The notes beneath the pieces were generated by a model. That model did not search any database. It had not been told where the DNA came from and was given only the letters and a program-made list of their open reading frames with translations. A stretch of 64,000 nt of DNA, taken from an uncultured virus (IMG/VR IMGVR_UViG_3300021579_000006) (lineage: Duplodnaviria > Heunggongvirae > Uroviricota > Caudoviricetes). Position 1 is the stretch's first letter. The number at the start of each line of letters is the position of its first letter. The stretch lies in the IMG/VR virus record IMGVR_UViG_3300021579_000006; one strand, 5' to 3'. The position numbers and the translations under genes were made by a program. Positions 27,431 to 37,282 of the stretch are shown one piece after another.

Positions 27431-27713
27431 AGCGATCCACCTTCTCTATCTTTAATACAGGGGTAGAGTATCGGTATGTAAAGACATCATCGTCATCGGC
27501 AATATCATTAGTCCAAATTCTCATCTCTTTACCGACTTCGCAAGACACTGTTATGAACTTAAACCATTCACCATCTCGGCGAAGAGTATCTCCGGAGTTA
27601 TTAACTCTCATACCCTTAAGGTCATCAAAATCTAGCAGGTAGACACTATTAGCAGCAGTATCTACCTTATACATTCCAGACTTAATACCATTTAGGTTTT
27701 TTATATCTAGCAT
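27423..27713 (-). CDS. Hypothetical protein
   Basis: SVYLLD...STPVLKIE; similar to 30331-30585. Confidence 0.7.
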   Translation of the reverse strand: MLDIKNLNGIKSGMYKVDTAANSVYLLDFDDLKGMRVNNSGDTLRRDGEWFKFITVSCEVGKEMRIWTNDIADDDDVFTYRYSTPVLKIEKVDRYE

Positions 27714-27877
27714 TATCCACCTACCGAATTCTGCATACGCAGCATCTCAACTACGATACGCTCAGCAGTTTCTTCACTAAAACCCTCATCCATTGCTTGC
27801 TTCTTAACACCAGCAAACATTGCAATGAGATTCTTGCTCTCCTCCAAGAAAGTAAGCATTGGAGTATTATCTATCAT
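27713..27877 (-). CDS. Hypothetical protein (54 aa, not in ORF track)
   Basis: MIDNTPMLTFLEESK...EGFSEETAERIVV; coupled at both ends. Confidence 0.55.
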   Translation of the reverse strand: MIDNTPMLTFLEESKNLIAMFAGVKKQAMDEGFSEETAERIVVEMLRMQNSVGG

Positions 27878-28109
27878 TAAAAGTACCATCCTCTACTTCA
27901 GCATATCTATTTAAATTTGCTTCATATTCAACAAGTTCAGGGTATTTAGCTAGATACTCGATCTGTAATGCAACAGCCCGAAGCCAGTCCGTATCTATAT
28001 ACATAGCATCAGGACCAGCATCTTCACAATAGCAGTTGTATTGATTTCTGTCAACTGCTTCTAGAAGCTTCCCTGTCCAATACTTTATTCCATCTAGCGA
28101 TGCACTCAT
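27867..28109 (-). CDS. Hypothetical protein
   Basis: Coupled ORF. Confidence 0.65.
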   Translation of the reverse strand: MSASLDGIKYWTGKLLEAVDRNQYNCYCEDAGPDAMYIDTDWLRAVALQIEYLAKYPELVEYEANLNRYAEVEDGTFNDR

Positions 28110-28591
28110 TAACTTCTCCCCTTTGTGACTACATCAAATGCCACGGGCGTATAGTCAATCTGCTCAACACTAACATTAATATACCAAGGATCGGCCATAT
28201 TCTGCTCATGCAGATGCCCATGGATATTCCCACCCGGATAACGCAACTTCTGCTCAATAGCCACAGGAATATGAGTAAGAATAAAGTTACCCAACCCATG
28301 GGACCCACGAATATCATAGAAATGAGGGGTATAGAACTTAAGTTTCTGGATATCATGGTTACCTTTTATAAGTACCTTGCGACCATTCAGTTGAGACATA
28401 ATGTCTAAACTTTTAGAGTTCATAGTTACATCACCAAGGTGGTACACCTTATCCCCCTGCTTAACTACAGAATTCCAATTCTCGACTAACGCCTCATTCA
28501 TTTCTTCCACAGAGTCAAACGGGCGGTTAGCATATTTAATAATGTTGGCATGGCCAAAGTGAGTATCGCTTATTAGAAAAATATTACTCAT
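28109..28591 (-). CDS. Calcineurin-like metallophosphoesterase
   Basis: SDTHFGH, HLGD, GNHD and HGHLH. Confidence 0.9.
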   Translation of the reverse strand: MSNIFLISDTHFGHANIIKYANRPFDSVEEMNEALVENWNSVVKQGDKVYHLGDVTMNSKSLDIMSQLNGRKVLIKGNHDIQKLKFYTPHFYDIRGSHGLGNFILTHIPVAIEQKLRYPGGNIHGHLHEQNMADPWYINVSVEQIDYTPVAFDVVTKGRS

Positions 28592-28753
28592 CTACTTCTC
28601 TCCTTTTCTCAACTCTGCAAGTTTCACAGGCCCATCTAGGAATTGCCCGCAGTCTAGGCATTGAAGCCGATTCCAATTTGGAGTAGCAAAGATAACCTCG
28701 TCACCATAGATTCCACGAAGATTAGAATGAGGGCAACGACTTTTCTTACTCAT
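28592..28753 (-). CDS. Small Zn-binding protein (53 aa, not in ORF track)
   Basis: CPH.NLRGIYGDE...RLQCLDCG. Confidence 0.6.
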   Translation of the reverse strand: MSKKSRCPHSNLRGIYGDEVIFATPNWNRLQCLDCGQFLDGPVKLAELRKGEK

Positions 28754-28973
28754 TTACTTCTCCCGTGATAAGAAACATAAGATGAGCAATTATGCGTGAG
28801 TCATTTGGGTTTTCGGTTTCAGTAGTTCTCAGCAACTTGATAATGCGTTCCTCAGTTGCCTTAGCAACCTCTGCATCGTGCTGTTCAAGCCATTCATCAA
28901 AAACATCACTATTCCAGAAACCTCCATCAGTAAAAAGTTCCCTTATCCTTTCGGTTGTTGCGATTTCGTTCAT
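28746..28973 (-). CDS. Hypothetical protein
   Basis: TTERIRE...FDEWLEQHDAEV. Confidence 0.65.
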   Translation of the reverse strand: MNEIATTERIRELFTDGGFWNSDVFDEWLEQHDAEVAKATEERIIKLLRTTETENPNDSRIIAHLMFLITGEVNE

Positions 28974-29438
28974 TTACTTCTCTCCTTTGAAAGTCCAGAA
29001 AGGATTCGTTGAAACTACTCCACATTCACATTTAGCAGTTGCTTGATTTTCGAGAAAATCAAAGCCACAGTGATGACTCTGACGACGCAAAGACATCTCC
29101 GGGTCCTCCGCTAGTAGGCGGTAACCTTTCTCTACTGCATCATCTACAGACTTCTCTTCTTCTATGTAAGGATTAGGGATACAGTCTTTATCCCAGTCTT
29201 CCCCTGCCTCTCCATGCTGATGTTCCCAGACATCTCTTTCTCCAGCATCAAAACCTTCTGCCCAAGCTTTAGCCTTCACTTGCTTCAGCCAACGATCAAA
29301 CTCAGCATCAGCAATATCTATTGACACCTCTATAGGACCATCATACCAATCACTATAACGCTCACGAACATTCTCGGTTGTTGGCATAAAGTTTGTGCAA
29401 GGGTTGTGCTCACAAGATACATCACAATATTTAGACAC
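28974..29438 (-). CDS. Hypothetical protein
   Basis: PTTENVRERY...FDRWL...AKAWAEG...NPY. Confidence 0.65.
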   Translation of the reverse strand: MSKYCDVSCEHNPCTNFMPTTENVRERYSDWYDGPIEVSIDIADAEFDRWLKQVKAKAWAEGFDAGERDVWEHQHGEAGEDWDKDCIPNPYIEEEKSVDDAVEKGYRLLAEDPEMSLRRQSHHCGFDFLENQATAKCECGVVSTNPFWTFKGEK

Positions 29439-29440
29439 TT

Positions 29441-29773
29441 CTATTCCTTAATCCCCAAATGAGCATCAATAATACGATTTATATAGTGATTACGTAGACT
29501 CATAACCGCCAACAACATTGTCATTTTATTTGCTTGCGGAAGGTCATTCCACTCCACACGAGTACTCTCCTGGGTAGACCACCCAGTAATTTTTGCAGCT
29601 TCCTCGTACGCATTGTGGAGATGCTCGCAAGCTTCATCAAGTCCACCCTCTAGAAGTTCAATACTTTCCTGATACTGGAGCTTACGTCCCTTATTGATCC
29701 CATTAGTAAAGGCTTGCTCTACAGCTTCATCCATAGCAGATTGCTTAGGGATATTTCCTAGATTCTTGCTCAT
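29441..29773 (-). CDS. Hypothetical protein
   Basis: ORF with GAGG RBS. Confidence 0.65.
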   Translation of the reverse strand: MSKNLGNIPKQSAMDEAVEQAFTNGINKGRKLQYQESIELLEGGLDEACEHLHNAYEEAAKITGWSTQESTRVEWNDLPQANKMTMLLAVMSLRNHYINRIIDAHLGIKE

Positions 29774-29781
29774 AGTTACCT

Positions 29782-30126
29782 CTAATACCAGTCCGGATCA
29801 AAACCAAGCTGAGGTTCCAGCGGCTTAGCAGGATCTGCTAAAATAACTAAGCCTAACTTCTCTGCATCTTTTGACTTACGAAAAACTTTTTCTAGTCGTG
29901 CAAGATCTTCCTTGCGGTGCTTGATCTGGCTTACGCCAATCTTCTTGATAAGTGCGCCCTTAAATAGGCCTGGAGTCTTAGCTTCAACCTCAAGGATTGC
30001 CTCACGGAGCACATCATTTTCGTGAGTTAGCTTATCAAGATCTTCCTTATACTTAGCAAGCTTTAGATTAACCTCAGAATCATCGCGATAGACTACGGTT
30101 GGTCCATCATCATACATGCAAGGCAT
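29782..30126 (-). CDS. Hypothetical protein
   Basis: MPC start; AGGAG RBS. Confidence 0.7.
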   Translation of the reverse strand: MPCMYDDGPTVVYRDDSEVNLKLAKYKEDLDKLTHENDVLREAILEVEAKTPGLFKGALIKKIGVSQIKHRKEDLARLEKVFRKSKDAEKLGLVILADPAKPLEPQLGFDPDWY

Positions 30127-30146
30127 TTCTTCTCCTAGTTAGGTGA

Positions 30147-30341
30147 TTACTCTTTATGCCAAACTTCCACACCTAAGTACCAGTGAATAATCTCTAGAGT
30201 AAAAGATCTATCCCAAAAATTGAAATCAAATCCCAAACCCCAGTGATCAGTTTGACCAGCGTAGAGACTAACTCTTCCGCCTACAGTTAAACGTACACTA
30301 CCAACCCATGACTTGTCAAGTTTAATAAATCTATTCTTCAA
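30147..30341 (-). CDS. Hypothetical protein
   Basis: Coupled ORF. Confidence 0.55.
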   Translation of the reverse strand: MKNRFIKLDKSWVGSVRLTVGGRVSLYAGQTDHWGLGFDFNFWDRSFTLEIIHWYLGVEVWHKE

Positions 30342-30585
30342 TATAAACTACCTCGGTACTTAGCCACCAAGATTCTCTTCCACTTATGTAGAGTAGCTTT
30401 CCAACTTCTGGCTTACTAAATGGGTAATCCCATATCTCACCTAAAGTCTTAACTGTAGTTGGTATAGCCTTCATATAGAATGCCTTGAAGGCATCAATGC
30501 ATTCTCCAGAAGCATCATATTTATGGCAGACTCCACTTACATTATCAATATCATATAGTGAACCGCTAATAGTTTTAATCTTCAT
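30331..30585 (-). CDS. Hypothetical protein
   Basis: TISGSLYDID...STEVVYIE. Confidence 0.65.
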   Translation of the reverse strand: MKIKTISGSLYDIDNVSGVCHKYDASGECIDAFKAFYMKAIPTTVKTLGEIWDYPFSKPEVGKLLYISGRESWWLSTEVVYIEE

Positions 30586-30806
30586 CAGGTATCGTAATCC
30601 GTAAAAGGTAGGCTAATATATTGAACTGGTTCTTTACGCTGCTTAAGAACTTTAATTACATAGCGGTTAGCAGCCTTAACGCTACGGCAGTATTTTAATG
30701 GAACCCACCCATTGCTAACTTCAGACTTACCCTGAACCCAGCCAGCATAACGGGTCTGCCAATCACGTTTGAATCGAAATTCAATCATTTTAAATTCTTC
30801 ACTCAT
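30585..30806 (-). CDS. Hypothetical protein
   Basis: Coupled ORF. Confidence 0.6.
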   Translation of the reverse strand: MSEEFKMIEFRFKRDWQTRYAGWVQGKSEVSNGWVPLKYCRSVKAANRYVIKVLKQRKEPVQYISLPFTDYDT

Positions 30807-30969
30807 TTAGTATCTCTTTCCAAACTTAACTACTAAAATTCTAGAACCAAGAAAAATATCTAAGGTATAAGTACGTGGACCTCTAATACCATTACCCTTG
30901 TAACCCCAAAGCTGCCATCCCCAGTATTTAGATAGGTGGTCAGTCTTCTTGAGGTCAAGCCATCGAAAT

Positions 30970-31284
30970 CTAATCACGTTTATATATCTCCTCGAAGAGC
31001 TTACGTTGGCGCTCTCTGACTTCAGGTGGAGTTACATATGGTTGGATCTCTTCATCGAGATCCTCGTACTCCTTTTCAATTCTACCGCGAGCGCCACCAA
31101 TATCGTAACCAGCAGCTTCATGTAAATCCAAATGAGCTAGAGCCTCACGAGGAGTTTTAAACTCAGCAAACCCAACATATTCATCCTCTTCTGGAGGAGT
31201 TAGCCAACACCCACAACACTGAATAAACCCGCCAGTGTGCTCGAACATATAGATATCAGAACTACTAAATCGTGCAAAACTCAT
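30970..31284 (-). CDS. Hypothetical protein
   Basis: MSFARFSSSDIY...QCCGCWL...AHLDLH. Confidence 0.75.
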   Translation of the reverse strand: MSFARFSSSDIYMFEHTGGFIQCCGCWLTPPEEDEYVGFAEFKTPREALAHLDLHEAAGYDIGGARGRIEKEYEDLDEEIQPYVTPPEVRERQRKLFEEIYKRD

Positions 31285-31523
31285 TCGATACTCATTCCCC
31301 AGAGATCTTTCAAAAATAAAACAGCATGTTCAAAACCATCAACATATCCAGGTTCATCAGAACGTAGATCAATAACAGCGTCTAGTTCTTTCTGAAGAAA
31401 CTTTATACTAGACTCCTGATTACGAAGGGCACCCTCTTCCATCACTACAGTAATAGCCAACTCCTGAGCCTCAGTTAAACCATCTAGCTCAATCTTCTCT
31501 GTTTTATCTGACATATTAACCAA
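31281..31523 (-). CDS. Hypothetical protein
   Basis: Coupled ORF. Confidence 0.6.
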   Translation of the reverse strand: MVNMSDKTEKIELDGLTEAQELAITVVMEEGALRNQESSIKFLQKELDAVIDLRSDEPGYVDGFEHAVLFLKDLWGMSIE

Positions 31524-31986
31524 GGTATTCCAACTCTCCAGCCTCTGCTTTATTTAACAACTTACCCCACTCCTTCATATCTGTATCCCAGATACCGGTT
31601 CCAGAGTAGTAGTAGAGATTAGCCTTATCGTCTTGATACCAACCCAAAGGGATATTAGGAATTGGCTTCATTTCCTTCTCTGCCGGAACCTCTACACCTT
31701 CAGGTGCCAACTCCGGAGCAAGCTTTAACCCATGAGGATCAACGTATCTAGGAATAGCCGTAGGATCCAGCTGCTTCCACTCTCCAGACACATGCGGCTC
31801 AGTCTTCATAACATACATAATGCCATTCTTCTTACGTAGATAGAGCATATCATTATCATTTACAGCAATACTATTTGCCCAGGCATCTACAGTTTTAATT
31901 TCGGTATCAATAATTTCCATATCTTCATACGGGTTTGTCAGTCCTGCAAAGATTCTTTCAATCTCGTCTGCGGTTTCTTCATTCAT
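31516..31986 (-). CDS. Hypothetical protein with GWYQD domain
   Basis: C-terminal domain shared with 31983-32330. Confidence 0.7.
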   Translation of the reverse strand: MNEETADEIERIFAGLTNPYEDMEIIDTEIKTVDAWANSIAVNDNDMLYLRKKNGIMYVMKTEPHVSGEWKQLDPTAIPRYVDPHGLKLAPELAPEGVEVPAEKEMKPIPNIPLGWYQDDKANLYYYSGTGIWDTDMKEWGKLLNKAEAGELEYLG

Positions 31987-32330
31987 CCTATGAACTCCAA
32001 CTTCCCTGAATAAAACTTATTAGTAAGATCTTCACTAACTACTCGACCAGCATTCTTCCAATAACCCTTACCTTCATAATAGAACAGATCTGCTCTAGCA
32101 TCCTGATACCAGCCAATAGAAAACTCAGGTATATCACCTAAAAAAGTTCCAGCACTAATATTTTCGGGATACTCACTAGAAATGCTGATATTACGAATAT
32201 CAACACCTCGATGCCCACTTCCATTGTCCTGAACAATATTTACCTGAAACCCGTCAGGAGTTCTAACAATGGAACCAACCTGACCAACAACAGGCATCAT
32301 CTCTATAAGTTGTTCCAATACAGTAGCCAT
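31983..32330 (-). CDS. Hypothetical protein with GWYQD domain
   Basis: C-terminal domain shared with 31516-31986. Confidence 0.7.
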   Translation of the reverse strand: MATVLEQLIEMMPVVGQVGSIVRTPDGFQVNIVQDNGSGHRGVDIRNISISSEYPENISAGTFLGDIPEFSIGWYQDARADLFYYEGKGYWKNAGRVVSEDLTNKFYSGKLEFIG

Positions 32331-32337
32331 AATCTAT

Positions 32338-33363
32338 CTATCCAATCTTCAGAACTAAACTAGAGCCAGCTCCAACTACAACTCGATAATACCCTACTCC
32401 AGTAATATTTGCAAATTTATTTGGAGTTACTGCCAATACAGTCCAAGTAACTCCATCCTTACTCTTCTGAACGGTATAGCTAGAAGAGTTACCGGACCAA
32501 CTAAGTACTCCATTAATTACGGATAGTCCAGTTGGCTTTACCTCTGTAGGCTTGCTAACAAATCCAGCATTAACCATCCCATTCACTACTCCACCAACCA
32601 AGGCACCACTAACCTGAGCAGGAGTTGCTTTAGGGTTACGTTCTAAATACAAAGCAGCTATACCACTGACAAATCCAGCAGCCATAGAAGTACCAGTCTT
32701 TACTACACTACCAGCAGGATTAAAAGCATCTTCAGAAGTAATAAGCCCACCAGGAGCCCAAACATCAACGCAACTTCCAAAGTCCGAGTCAATAGTCTTC
32801 ATACCATTTAGATTTAGACCGCCAACCGTAATAGCCTGACTAACTCCAGCAGGACTGTAGTTACAAGCATCACTACTCAAGTTTCCTGCAGCAACTACTG
32901 GAACTAACCCAGCAGAATACAAACTAACTACTGCAGCATCTAGAGCAGGGGTTTTATTTAGAGCAAGGCTCATATTGACCACACCTGGAGTACCCTTAGG
33001 GTGACTCTTAATTACCCAGTTGATTGCAGATATAACCGTTGCAGGATTGACTCCACCGCTACAGTCTGCAACCTTTAGAGAAACAATCTGGGCACTACGT
33101 GCTACACCAAACTGACTACTGCCAATGATTCCAGCAACGTGAGTACCATGACCATTGCAGTCAGACATATCTCCGCTTAGGCGTCCACTAAATCCAGGGT
33201 CATTAGCAACACCAGTATCTAGAACATAAACACGAACACCAGTACCGCTTGCACCAGCAGGTACTTGGACAGCATCCAACCCCCACGAAGCAGAGACAGC
33301 ATTAGCAGGAGTTGCCCCAAACATGAGCCCCAGGGCAGTCAGGGCAATCAATGACTTTTTCAT
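32338..33363 (-). CDS. Secreted S8 subtilisin-like (aqualysin/proteinase K type) protease
   Basis: Signal peptide; VLDTG, GHGTHVAG, AAGN and GTSMA. Confidence 0.9.
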   Translation of the reverse strand: MKKSLIALTALGLMFGATPANAVSASWGLDAVQVPAGASGTGVRVYVLDTGVANDPGFSGRLSGDMSDCNGHGTHVAGIIGSSQFGVARSAQIVSLKVADCSGGVNPATVISAINWVIKSHPKGTPGVVNMSLALNKTPALDAAVVSLYSAGLVPVVAAGNLSSDACNYSPAGVSQAITVGGLNLNGMKTIDSDFGSCVDVWAPGGLITSEDAFNPAGSVVKTGTSMAAGFVSGIAALYLERNPKATPAQVSGALVGGVVNGMVNAGFVSKPTEVKPTGLSVINGVLSWSGNSSSYTVQKSKDGVTWTVLAVTPNKFANITGVGYYRVVVGAGSSLVLKIG

Positions 33364-33422
33364 AGTGCAAAACTATAGCACTATTAGCTATTTGTCAACT
33401 ATTTAAGTGATATAGTTTTTAT

Positions 33423-34091
33423 ATGGAAAATAGTGTAGAACATCCAAACTGGTTTGTAGAGACAGATGTAATTTCTATCTTTGAAAAGAACCTATCTGAA
33501 TATACAGGCAAGAAGCTAGACTTTCTTCAGATCGGAGTCTTCACGGGAGACGCCTCCCTCTGGCTAATCGAGAATATTCTTACCCACCCTGAATCCACCT
33601 TAACTGATGTAGACCCTTGGATGGGTGACCCGGGGTTAATAGGTTTTGACTGGGAGACGGCCTATATTGCCTATAAAGAAAAAATGTCTGACTACTTTGG
33701 AAAAGTAACTCCACTTCAAATGATGAGCGATGAGTTCTTCAAACAAAATACTAAGACCTATGACATTATCTATGTCGATGGTGATCACGTGGCTAGTGCA
33801 GTACTGAGAGATGCAATACATGCGTTTGACTGCCTACGTGACGGCGGGCTTCTTATATTTGATGACTACGAGTTTGGCTATCACGCAATCCCATCACGCT
33901 TTGCCCCGAAGGATGCAATTGATGCATTCCTTCAAATTCACTGGTTCGAGTTTGAAAAAGTATTTGAAGGACGCCAAATGTGGATTAAGAAGGTAGACCG
34001 TTTAGCTCAGAATAAAATTTATAACTGGCAGAGCCCAGCTAGAGAAGATGCAAGAACTGACCCACATTTTGTAAATACTTCAGAGATTTAG
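33423..34091 (+). CDS. Class I SAM methyltransferase (Methyltransf_24-like)
   Basis: LQIGVFTGDAS, YDIIYVDGDH and GGLLIFDDY. Confidence 0.85.
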   Translation: MENSVEHPNWFVETDVISIFEKNLSEYTGKKLDFLQIGVFTGDASLWLIENILTHPESTLTDVDPWMGDPGLIGFDWETAYIAYKEKMSDYFGKVTPLQMMSDEFFKQNTKTYDIIYVDGDHVASAVLRDAIHAFDCLRDGGLLIFDDYEFGYHAIPSRFAPKDAIDAFLQIHWFEFEKVFEGRQMWIKKVDRLAQNKIYNWQSPAREDARTDPHFVNTSEI

Positions 34092-34981
34092 ATTAAATGA
34101 ATAGTTTCTTCAACTAAAGAAGCAAGTGCTTCTAAATCAGAATTATTAGATAAAACCTTATTGAAACTATAACCATCAAGAGCAGTTTCCGATATATGGC
34201 TATTAGCTGGACCAACACCATTACGCTCAATACGCCAGACTCGACCACCTAGATCACGAATAGCTTTAGCTTCATTAGGAAAACGAACATCAGCAAACAC
34301 AATCTTACTTCCATCAGGAATGCTGTTAATAGCTGCGTTTACCCAAAAATCTTCACCCCACATATTGCGACCAATCTCGGTACCGAGGCGTTGAAGCAGG
34401 GGTCGAATCTCAGTGCTGTTACTCTTTAACTCATCCCAGCCAACCCGAACTGCCTGTGACAAGTAAGCACGTCCTTCACCAAAATCAATATTTGGATCTA
34501 AAGTTAGTAGGGCCTGCTTCATAGGATCTGCAAAAGACATTTTTGTATAGCCATAGTTCTCAACTAAATAGTCAGCAACTGTATCTTTCCCAGAACGAGC
34601 ATAGCCACTCAGCCCAAGCACGGTAACACGAGGGATAAGTTGACCATCTTTATTAAGAACCATCAATGGAAGACCTAGAGCTTTGGCTACAGTAACTTCT
34701 AAAGAAGCACCCTTAGATTTTTGCCAACCAGGAAGTAAGCAAACCATATCTACATTCATCACATGCGGTAAATCACGGCGCATATAGTCAGACCAAAGAT
34801 GATTAGGGTGATCGACTGGCCCAGCTGACTCTAAAGCTTCTTGAACCGTTGCACCATCATTATGCGCAGGATTAATTACTTCATAGCCAAGCTTTTCTAA
34901 CTGAGCTTCAGCTTCGAAAAATGCAGGGAAATTCCATTTAGGGAGACCCGTCATTGGGCCAGCGATGTAAACCTTAGTCAT
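34088..34981 (-). CDS. DUF4406 (nucleoside deoxyribosyltransferase-like) plus dNMP kinase fusion
   Basis: N-terminal VYIAGPMTG...NPA...GWQKSKGASLE; C-terminal GLSGYARSGKDT, SFADP, LQRLGTE, DVRFPNE and HISE. Confidence 0.85.
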   Translation of the reverse strand: MTKVYIAGPMTGLPKWNFPAFFEAEAQLEKLGYEVINPAHNDGATVQEALESAGPVDHPNHLWSDYMRRDLPHVMNVDMVCLLPGWQKSKGASLEVTVAKALGLPLMVLNKDGQLIPRVTVLGLSGYARSGKDTVADYLVENYGYTKMSFADPMKQALLTLDPNIDFGEGRAYLSQAVRVGWDELKSNSTEIRPLLQRLGTEIGRNMWGEDFWVNAAINSIPDGSKIVFADVRFPNEAKAIRDLGGRVWRIERNGVGPANSHISETALDGYSFNKVLSNNSDLEALASLVEETIHLI

Positions 34982-34984
34982 AAA

Positions 34985-35533
34985 TTACAGTGTAGCTCCA
35001 CCAACTGGTCGACTGCAAGCAGTTAGCTCACCAGTCTGTAGGGCATCAAGAATACGAAGAGTCTCCTGTGCATTACGTCCAGTATCAAGACCATTAACAG
35101 TAACATGCTGAATCACATTATTAGGATCAACTAGGAAGGTAGCACGGAGTGCAACACCACTTTCGTGACGGACACCCATACCATCAACTAGAGATCCATC
35201 CCACGCATTGTGGCGAGTATCAGCAAACATCCAGCTAGTTAGCTTTGCAAGATCTGGGTGCGCTTCTTTCCAAGCAAGCTTGCAAAACTCATTGTCAGTA
35301 GATCCAGACATAAGAACTGCACCACGAGCTTCAAACTCAGCATTAAGCTTGTCATACTCAATAATCTCGGTAGGACATACAAAGGTAAAGTCCTTAGGAT
35401 AAAAGACAATAACCTTCCACTTACCCTCAAAGCTCTTTTCCGTGAGCTCTTGAAAATAAGTTCCATCATCAAGAAGAGTAGGAGAAACTCCAACTACCTT
35501 GAAATCATAGATTGTGTCTCCAACAGTTAGCAT
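34985..35533 (-). CDS. ahpC: Peroxiredoxin AhpC
   Basis: FYPKDFTFVCPTEI and GRN; start re-called to MLTVGD. Confidence 0.9.
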   Translation of the reverse strand: MLTVGDTIYDFKVVGVSPTLLDDGTYFQELTEKSFEGKWKVIVFYPKDFTFVCPTEIIEYDKLNAEFEARGAVLMSGSTDNEFCKLAWKEAHPDLAKLTSWMFADTRHNAWDGSLVDGMGVRHESGVALRATFLVDPNNVIQHVTVNGLDTGRNAQETLRILDALQTGELTACSRPVGGATL

Positions 35534-35751
35534 TACGCCTCCTTTATTTCTGCGACTACGGCTTCTGCGATAGCTTCTGCCTTCATCGTCATCTGCTGCT
35601 GAGGGGAGATACTCCATCCGCCAACAACCTCCGGTTCAATATTTGTGTAAGTTCCATTAAGCTTTTGCTTAACGATATGTGCTACTTCTTTTGCAAAATC
35701 TTGCAGTTCATCTTCAGGGCGTACATACCACCCACCAACTAATTTAGACAT
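35533..35751 (-). CDS. Hypothetical protein
   Basis: Internal VGGW repeat; TAATG coupling. Confidence 0.6.
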   Translation of the reverse strand: MSKLVGGWYVRPEDELQDFAKEVAHIVKQKLNGTYTNIEPEVVGGWSISPQQQMTMKAEAIAEAVVAEIKEA

Positions 35752-35781
35752 GCAATAACACTATCATGCAAAAAAAGCAAA

Positions 35782-36276
35782 TTAGGTGTACAACTCGAGG
35801 TTTAGTTGACCAATTGGTATCAAATCTTCATTAGGTACAAAGTAACCATCTGGTCTACCAGATCCATCATTTCTTAGGTATTTAGGATCCTTAGCACTAT
35901 CACCATAGGTATATCCTTGAATCTTAAGATTAGGGGCATAACCACTAACTAAGATATATACATCTTTTTCAGAGTCAGCAGGGCGAACTATGAGGCTATA
36001 GTTGTGGCTCCACGTCCAGCGAACCTGAATCTTCGATCCCAGATCGGCAGACTTAAAAGTATCTACGCTACCATTCCAATAGATGTCATAATATTTTGCG
36101 ACTGCAAGCTCAGCACAAGCACCTTCAATATTGTCGGTCCACCCAGAACCTTGGCTATACCCATGAGCATTAGCTCTCTGATCTTTAATAGATGATACAC
36201 ACCTCTGTACGGCAGTACTTGCTGCCATGTGAACCTCGAAAGGTTCCAAAGTAATTTCTGGTTTAATAAATTCCAT
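35782..36276 (-). CDS. Hypothetical protein, possibly PD-(D/E)xK-like
   Basis: EGACAELAVAKY...ADLG..IQVR. Confidence 0.6.
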   Translation of the reverse strand: MEFIKPEITLEPFEVHMAASTAVQRCVSSIKDQRANAHGYSQGSGWTDNIEGACAELAVAKYYDIYWNGSVDTFKSADLGSKIQVRWTWSHNYSLIVRPADSEKDVYILVSGYAPNLKIQGYTYGDSAKDPKYLRNDGSGRPDGYFVPNEDLIPIGQLNLELYT

Positions 36277-36351
36277 AGCCTATTTCTTTCTGTTTGACTA
36301 GTAGATTACAACGGTATATAGTAATAATCAAGTAACTAATAAGGAGATGTT

Positions 36352-36645
36352 ATGGAAATTAAAGCAGGAGCAGGTCAGCTACGAGGTGTTCGAGTTCTAC
36401 CAGACCCTAAGGGGATTCTACTTAGCGTATTCACCCATTTTGATGGGGTTCAGTACGGTTATCTAATTATCCCATCTGAAGGTGAGCCAGCAGTATATGA
36501 TGGCGAGAACTGGCACCCAATCCATACGGGTTCTGCAAGTGATCTATCTGATATTGCAACTAAGCAGTATGAGGCAGCAATCGCGGCTCTAGAGGAGAAT
36601 CCAGAGTATCAGCAGATTGTAGCAGCTATATCAGTATCAGCCTAA
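36352..36645 (+). CDS. Hypothetical protein
   Basis: AAGGAG RBS; terminator at about 36645-36685. Confidence 0.7.
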   Translation: MEIKAGAGQLRGVRVLPDPKGILLSVFTHFDGVQYGYLIIPSEGEPAVYDGENWHPIHTGSASDLSDIATKQYEAAIAALEENPEYQQIVAAISVSA

Positions 36646-36682
36646 AAAAATAAACCCCGTGCTAATCACACGGGGTATATTT

Positions 36683-37282
36683 TTATTTTCTAGGATCTAT
36701 TGCATAGTTTGGATTGTACTCAATAGAAGTATCAATCACATCGAAGAAATGCGTGAGAACATTTAATCTAGTTCCGGAAGTAACCAAATTAACCCCATGA
36801 CGGGTATAGAACCCAGGAAAGAACACTAGGTCACCAACTTCCGGCTTAAGGCTTGTAGCTTGCTCTTCAAAAACTAATTCTCCACCCCCATAGTCATCAG
36901 ATAGAAATAGACCACATACATAGGTCATGCTATTTAATGAATCTATATCCTCTTTACGGTAGTCTCTATCATCATGATGTGAGTGGAGTAGGGCACCCTC
37001 GTGCATGAAGTTAGCATGAGATCTATTAAGACCAAAGGTACCCTTCATCTTATAGTTATCTAAGAAGAACTTATAGGCAAATTGAACCATATTAACCAGT
37101 CGGTCATCTGGATCATAATCAAACTTCTTAGGAGGATTTCCAAAGAACTCCACTGGACCACCAAGACCAATGTTCCCATAGAATTCTCTAGGGTCATAGT
37201 CTTCATTCTCTATGAAATGCTCAATCAGCGGAGCGCACTGCTCCGGAGTTAGGTATCCCTTAATTATGTGATAAGGCTGCAT
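36683..37282 (-). CDS. 2OG-Fe(II) oxygenase
   Basis: HHD...DDYGGGELVF...HGV...GTR. Confidence 0.85.
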   Translation of the reverse strand: MQPYHIIKGYLTPEQCAPLIEHFIENEDYDPREFYGNIGLGGPVEFFGNPPKKFDYDPDDRLVNMVQFAYKFFLDNYKMKGTFGLNRSHANFMHEGALLHSHHDDRDYRKEDIDSLNSMTYVCGLFLSDDYGGGELVFEEQATSLKPEVGDLVFFPGFYTRHGVNLVTSGTRLNVLTHFFDVIDTSIEYNPNYAIDPRK

